Below the pieces are notes generated by a model. The model saw only the letters and a program-made list of their open reading frames with translations, was not told the DNA's origin and ran no database searches. From Macrostomum lignano (taxonomy: Eukaryota): 25,281 nt of DNA. Positions 18,983 to 25,281 of this stretch are shown piece after piece; the first letter of the stretch is position 1, and each line of letters opens with the position of its first letter. The position numbers and the translations under genes are program-made. The stretch lies in the NCBI GenBank assembly GCA_002269645.1, contig NIVC01005129.1, positions 1 to 25,281 of the forward strand. Reading direction: 5' to 3'.

Positions 18983-21900
18983 AGTGCCGGATTGTGTTTG
19001 ATAGAGTGCCGGATTGTGTTTGATAGAGTGCCGGATTGTGTTTGATAGAGTGTCGGATTGTGTTTGATAGAGTGTCGGATTGTGTTTGATAGAGTGCCGG
19101 ATTGTGTTTGATAGAGTGTCGGATTGTGTTTGATAGAGTGCCGAATTGTGTTTGATAGAGTGCCGGATTGTGTTTGATAGAGTGCCGGATTGTGTTTGAT
19201 AGAGTGTCGGATTGTGTTTGATAGAGTGCCGGATTGTGTTTGATAGAGTGCCGGATTGTGTTTGATAGAGTGCCGGATTGTGTTTGATAGAGTGCCGAAT
19301 TGTGTTTGATAGAGTGCCGGATTGTGTTTGATAGAGTGCCGGATTGTGTTTGATAGAGTGCCGGATTGTGTTTGATAGAGTGCCGGATTGTGTTTGATAG
19401 AGTGCCGAATTGTGTTTGATAGAGTGCCGGATTGTGTTTGATAGAGTGCCGGATTGTGTTTGATAGAGTGCCGGATTGTGTTTGATAGAGTGCCGGATTG
19501 TGTTTGATAGAGTGCCGGATTGTGTTTGATAGAGTGCCGAATTGTGTTTGATAGAGTGCCGGATTGTGTTTGATAGAGTGCCGAATTGTGTTTGATAGAG
19601 TGCCGGATTGTGTTTGATAGAGTGCCGGATTGTGTTTGATAGAGTGCCGGATTGTGTTTGATAGAGTGCCGGATTGTGTTTGATAGAGAACCGGATTGTG
19701 TTTGATAGAGTGCCGAATTGTGTTTGATAGAGTGCCGGATTGTGTTTGATAGAGTGTCGGATTGTGTTTGATAGAGTGCCGAATTGTGTTTGATAGAGTG
19801 CCGGATTGTGTTTGATAGAGTGCCAGATTGTGTTTGATAGAGTGCCGAATTGTGTTTGATAGAGTGCCGGATTGTGTTTGATAGAGTGCCGGATTGTGTT
19901 TGATAGAGTGCCGGATTGTGTTTGATAGAGTGCCGGATTGTGTTTGATAGAGTGCCGGATTGTGTTTGATAGAGTGCCGGATTGTGTTTGATAGAGTGCC
20001 GGATTGTGTTTGATAGAGTGCCGGATTGTGTTTGATAGAGTGCCGAATTGTGTTTGATAGAGTGCCGAATTGTGTTTGATAGAGTGCCGGATTGTGTTTG
20101 ATAGAGTGCCGGATTGTGTTTGATAGAGTGCCGGATTGTGTTTGATAGAGTGCCGGATTGTGTTTGATAGAGTGCTGGATTGTGTTTGATAGAGTGCCGA
20201 ATTGTGTTTGATAGAGTGCTGGATTGTGTTTGATAGAGTGCCGGATTGTGTTTGATAGAGTGCTGGATTGTGTTTGATAGAGTGCCGGATTGTGTTTGAT
20301 AGAGTGCCGGATTGTGTTTGATAGAGTGCCGGATTGTGTTTGATAGAGTGCCGGATTGTGTTTGATAGAGTGCCGGATTGTGTTTAATAGAGTGCCGAAT
20401 TGTGTTTGATAGAGTGCTGGATTGTGTTTGATAGAGTGCCGGATTGTGTTTGATAGAGTGCCGGATTGTGTTTGATAGAGTGCCGAATTGTGTTTGATAG
20501 AGTGCCGAATTGTGTTTGATAGAGTACCGGATTGTGTTTGATAGAGTGCCGAATTGTGTTTGATAGAGTGCCGGATTGTGTTTGATAGAGTGCCGGATTG
20601 TGTTTGATAGAGTGCCGGATTGTGTTTGATAGAGTGCCGAATTGTGTTTGATAGAGTGCCGGATTGTGTTTGATAGAGTGCCGAATTGTGTTTGATAGAG
20701 TGCCGAATTGTGTTTGATAGAGTGCCGGATTGTGTTTGATAGAGTGCCGGATTGTGTTTGATAGAGTGCCGGATTGTGTTTGATAGAGTGCCGAATTGTG
20801 TTTGATAGAGTGCCGGATTGTGTTTGATAGAGTGCCGGATTGTGTTTGATAGAGTGCCGGATTGTGTTTGATAGAGTGCCGGATTGTGTTTGATAGAGTG
20901 CCGGATTGTGTTTGATAGAGTGCCGGATTGTGTTTAATAGAGTGCCGAATTGTGTTTGATAGAGTGCTGGATTGTGTTTGATAGAGTGCCGGATTGTGTT
21001 TGATAGAGTGCCGGATTGTGTTTGATAGAGTGCCGAATTGTGTTTGATAGAGTGCCGAATTGTGTTTGATAGAGTACCGGATTGTGTTTGATAGAGTGCC
21101 GAATTGTGTTTGATAGAGTGCCGGATTGTGTTTGATAGAGTGCCAGATTGTGTTTGATAGAGTGCCGAATTGTGTTTGATAGAGTGCCGGATTGTGTTTG
21201 ATAGAGTGCCGGATTGTGTTTGATAGAGTGCCGGATTGTGTTTGATAGAGTGCCGGATTGTGTTTGATAGAGTGCCGGATTGTGTTTGATAGAGTGCCGG
21301 ATTGTGTTTGATAGAGTGCCGGATTGTGTTTGATAGAGTGCCGGATTGTGTTTGATAGAGTGCCGGATTGTGTTTGATAGAGTGCCGAATTGTGTTTGAT
21401 AGAGTGCCGAATTGTGTTTGATAGAGTGCCGGATTGTGTTTGATAGAGTGCCGAATTGTGTTTGATAGAGTGCCGGATTGTGTTTGATAGAGTGCCGGAT
21501 TGTGTTTGATAGAGTGCTGGATTGTGTTTGATAGAGTGCCGGATTGTGTTTGATAGAGTGCCGGATTGTGTTTGATAGAGTGCCGGATTGTGTTTGATAG
21601 AGTGCCGGATTGTGTTTGATAGAGTGCCGGATTGTGTTTGATAGAGTGCCGAATTGTGTTTGATAGAGTGCCGGATTGTGTTTGATAGAGTGTCGGATTG
21701 TGTTTGATAGAGTGCCGAATTGTGTTTGATAGAGTGCCGGATTGTGTTTGATAGAGTGCCGGATTGTGTTTGATAGAGTGCCGAATTGTGTTTGATAGAG
21801 TGCCGGATTGTGTTTGATAGAGTGTCGGATTGTGTTTGATAGAGTGTCGGATTGTGTTTGATAGAGTGCCGGATTGTGTTTGATAGAGTGCCAGATTGTG

Positions 21901-22508
21901 TTTGATAGAGTGCCGAATTGTGTTTGATAGAGTGCCGGATTGTGTTTGATAGAGTGCCGGATTGTGTTTGATAGAGTGCCGGATTGTGTTTGATAGAGTG
22001 CCGGATTGTGTTTGATAGAGTGCCGAATTGTGTTTGATAGAGTACCGGATTGTGTTTGATAGAGTGCCGAATTGTGTTTGATAGAGTGCCGAATTGTGTT
22101 TGATAGAGTGCCGGATTGTGTTTGATAGAGTGTCGGATTGTGTTTGATAGAGTGCCGAATTGTGTTTGATAGAGTGCCGGATTGTGTTTGATAGAGTGCC
22201 GGATTGTGTTTGATAGAGTGCCGAATTGTGTTTGATAGAGTGCCGGATTGTGTTTGATAGAGTGTCGGATTGTGTTTGATAGAGTGCCGAATTGTGTTTG
22301 ATAGAGTGCCGGATTGTGTTTGATAGAGTGCCAGATTGTGTTTGATAGAGTGCCGAATTGTGTTTGATAGAGTGCCGGATTGTGTTTGATAGAGTGTCGG
22401 ATTGTGTTTGATAGAGTGCCGAATTGTGTTTGATAGAGTGCCGGATTGTGTTTGATAGAGTGCCGAATTGTGTTTGATAGAGTGCCGGATTGTGTTTGAT
22501 AGAGTGCC
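18983..22508. repeat. 22-bp satellite array (GTGCCGGATTGTGTTTGATAGA)n, about 160 units
   Basis: 3526 bp of highly homogeneous units with no indels seen; substitutions at only a few positions. Confidence 0.99.
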
Positions 22509-22607
22509 AAATTAGATTAAAAATACATCGGAAAACAAGGTTGTAAAAATCTCAAGCAGAGTTACTCATAGTTTACGAGCTGGTGCTGCTGTGGCTCACT
22601 CAACTAA

Positions 22608-22805
22608 CTGCTTGACTATAATCGCCCCCGCGCGAGCAAATGCAAACTAGACTTGAATGGATTCAAAGTTCCACTTTCGACTGAACAAGCGTTGCCAATG
22701 TACATTGAGAGACGAACGAGCATGGCACTAATTTTGTACGCTACAGCAGCCTCTCAAGCCCACAAAATAGAAGTCTTTCTTGACTACAGCAAAAACCGCA
22801 CCTAA
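22608..22805 (+). other. Open frame with ankyrin-like flavour, possible exon remnant
   Basis: 65 open codons: LLDYNRP...TSMALILYATAASQAHKIEVFLDYSKNRT*. Splice boundaries not defined. Confidence 0.25.
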
Positions 22806-23042
22806 CGTTGTTTCCTTACTAAGCTTCTATTTTTAGCTATTTTTCTTCCAGGTAAATCAGGTGATACTCTGGAAAGCTAGCTGTTTAAAATAACATCAAC
22901 GTGTCCTTCTGCTCAAAAATATTTGTTTTTCGAATTTGCAAAAACAAAACTACTTTTTATGCTTGTTTTAAAAATTTGTACGCTAAAATGTATGCTCTTT
23001 TGTCTACTACTCACAGTAGTCTAAACTATATTCTACTCACAG

Positions 23043-23209
23043 GCGCTCCGATTGCTTTTGTTGACCGGCCGATCGGCGGATGGAAATTTCTTAACGCCGA
23101 TCTGCATCAGTTCAAAGGCTGCAGCCTTGAAGAGGCACTGAGGCTCTGCGGCCGACTGCCAGACCGCTATGAGCTGATAAGGCTGGCCAAGAAGTTTGGA
23201 AGCGAATAG
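23043..23209 (+). CDS. Probable terminal coding exon
   Basis: TTCTACTCACAG| acceptor (AG 23041-42), then a sharp rise in GC and open frame APIAFVDRPIGGWKFLNADLHQFKGCSLEEALRLCGRLPDRYELIRLAKKFGSE*; ATTAAA at 23353. The AT-rich first half of the 22901 ORF looks intronic. Confidence 0.5.
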
Positions 23210-23367
23210 AGAGCGCATGGCTGCTATCTATTGGTGCTACACTGCACATAAAGATTTTAAATATGTGTATCCCCCTTTGCCTGGCATGCTTAGTTCATTG
23301 CCGTTGTCAAAAAGTACACCTGGGAGCAAATCGAAAAGGATAGGGGAGCTTCATTAAACATAGTCGA

Positions 23368-24430
23368 GGGGGAATTAGGACCATAGACATGGTCGGGGAA
23401 TTAGGGCCATAGACATTATCGGGGAATTAGGACCATAGACATTATCGGGGAATTAGGACCATAGACACGATCGGGGAATTAGGACCATAGACATGGTCGG
23501 GAATTAGGGCCATAGACATTATCGGGGAATTAGGACCATAGACATTATCGGGGAATTAGGACCATAGACATTATCGGGGAATTAGGACCATAGACATTAT
23601 TGGGGAATTAGGACCATAGACACGATCGGGGAATTAGGACCATAGACATGATCGGGGAATTAGGACCATAGACATGATCGGGGAATTAGGACCATAGACA
23701 TGATCGGGGAATTAGGACCATAGATATGGTCGGGAATTAGGACCATAGACATGATCGGGGAATTAGGACCATAGACACGATCGGGGGAATTAGGACCATA
23801 GACATGATCGGGGAATTAGGGCCATAGACATGATCGGGGAATTAGGACCATAGACATGATCGGGGGAATTAGGACCATAGACACGATCGGGGGAATTAGG
23901 ACCATAGACATTATTGGGGAATTAGGACCATAGACATGATCGGGGAATTAGGACCATAGATATGGTCGGGAATTAGGACCATAGACATGATCGGGGAATT
24001 AGGACCATAGACATGATCGGGGAATTAGGACCATAGACGCGATCGGGGGAATTAGGACCATAGACATGATCGGGGAATTAGGGCCATAGACATGATCGGG
24101 GAATTAGGACCATAGATATGGTCGGGAATTAGGACCATAGACATTTTCGGGGAATTAGGGCCATAGACATGATCGGGGAATTAGGGCCATAGACATGATC
24201 GGGGAATTAGGACCATAGATATGGTCGGGGAATTAGGACCATAGACATTATCGGGGAATTAGGGCCATAGACATGGTCGGGGAATTAGGGCCATAGACAT
24301 GATCGGGGAATTAGGGCCATAGACATGATCGGGGAATTAGGACCATAGACATGATCGGGGAATTAGGACCATAGACATTATCGGGGAATTAGGGCCATAG
24401 ACATGGTCGGGGAATTAGGGCCATAGACAT
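23368..24430. repeat. 26-bp minisatellite (GGGGAATTAGGACCATAGACATGATC)n, about 41 units
   Basis: Tandem units with a 4-nt variable patch, an A/G variant and G3/G4/G5 length variation. Confidence 0.97.
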
Positions 24431-24910
24431 TCCAAATATGATTGGCAGTTGCTATTCCACTGTCAATTTTTTTTACAAATACTTCGTATTTACACAGCTA
24501 TATCTCTCTGAAAATCAAACAAATTACTGGGTTTCATTTTACTCATTGTAAAAATCTTTTGCCATAAGGATTTAGTAATCTCTCTCAGTCTCTCCTCACA
24601 GGTTCTGCCATAAAATTATATTTAAAAATTTCTACCATAATTCTCAGTGACTATATATGCTGTTATCATTAAAGAACTCATGGTTTCTTGCACAGCATGA
24701 GAATTAAAATTTGATTTCATTTTTTGCGATTTTATAGAGTCCGTCCTAGTAGATGTGATTTTTGTATAAAATTCAACTATCTTTGTGTTTAACACCATTT
24801 TTATTTTATATCAATATACATTCCAGCGAAATTTTAAATGTACTTTTTTAACTTACGCCCTTGAGTGCAAATTGAGTAATGAAGCAGTACTTCGGGATTC
24901 CCTATGGAGA

Positions 24911-25281
24911 GTAGCCCCAGTTTAGTGTGGAGGGTAGCCCCAGTTTAGTGTGGAGGGTAGCCCCAGTGTAGTGTGGAGGGTAGCCCCAGTTTAGTGTGGA
25001 GGTAGCCCCAGTTTAGTGTGGAGGGTAGCCCAGTTCAGTGTGGAGGGTAGCCCCAGTTTAGTGTGGAGGGTAGCCCCAGTTCAGTGTGGAGGGTAGCCCC
25101 AGTGTAGTGTGGAGGGTAGCCCCAGTTTAGTGTGGAGGGTAGCCCAGTTTAGTGTAGAGGGTAGCCCAGTGTAGTGTGGAGGGTAGCCCAGTGTAGTGTG
25201 GAGGTAGCCCCAGTGTAGTGTGGAGGGTAGCCCCAGTTCAGTGTGGAGGGTAGCCCAGTTCAGTGTGGAGGGTAGCCCCAG
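24911..25281. repeat. 23-bp minisatellite (GTAGCCCCAGTTTAGTGTGGAGG)n running off the window end
   Basis: About 16 units with TTT/TGT/TTC variants and single-base C or G run slips. Confidence 0.97.

Noticed and set aside
20384-22510. 708-aa ORF on the minus strand
   Set aside because: Translation of the 22-bp satellite; the unit has no stop in any minus frame, the start is TTG at the array edge and the stop is a single variant base.
23368-24430. CRISPR-like repeat-spacer reading of the 26-bp array (and of the 22-bp array)
   Set aside because: Variable part is only about 4 nt and recurs, there are no unique spacers or cas genes, and the context is eukaryotic.

Overview
Eukaryotic (animal) genomic DNA, not prokaryotic: GT-AG introns, GC3-rich exons, AT-rich spacers, and seven unrelated minisatellite/satellite arrays (17-28 bp units) covering about 27% of the window. 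The RTE fragment, low-complexity exons and minisatellite density resemble the flatworm Macrostomum lignano; this is inference from recollection, not a search result. Left to right: (1) a low-complexity minus-strand coding exon whose frame shifts near a (CAG)n tract; (2) three minisatellites; (3) a nested DNA-transposon cluster centred on a frameshifted, truncated THAP-domain P-element transposase; (4) a decayed RTE-clade LINE fragment; (5) a roughly 815-codon, apparently intronless orphan gene on the minus strand split by one frameshift; (6) a spliced plus-strand gene with degenerate ankyrin-like repeats that the ORF track misses, probably spanning a 3.5-kb 22-bp satellite; (7) two more minisatellites. 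The 708-aa ORF is a satellite artefact. I found no convincing novel multi-gene system. The best leads are the orphan gene, the hidden ankyrin-like gene, and the C:G to T:A mutation signature focused on the CCGG of the 22-bp satellite. Counts and coordinates were done by eye.
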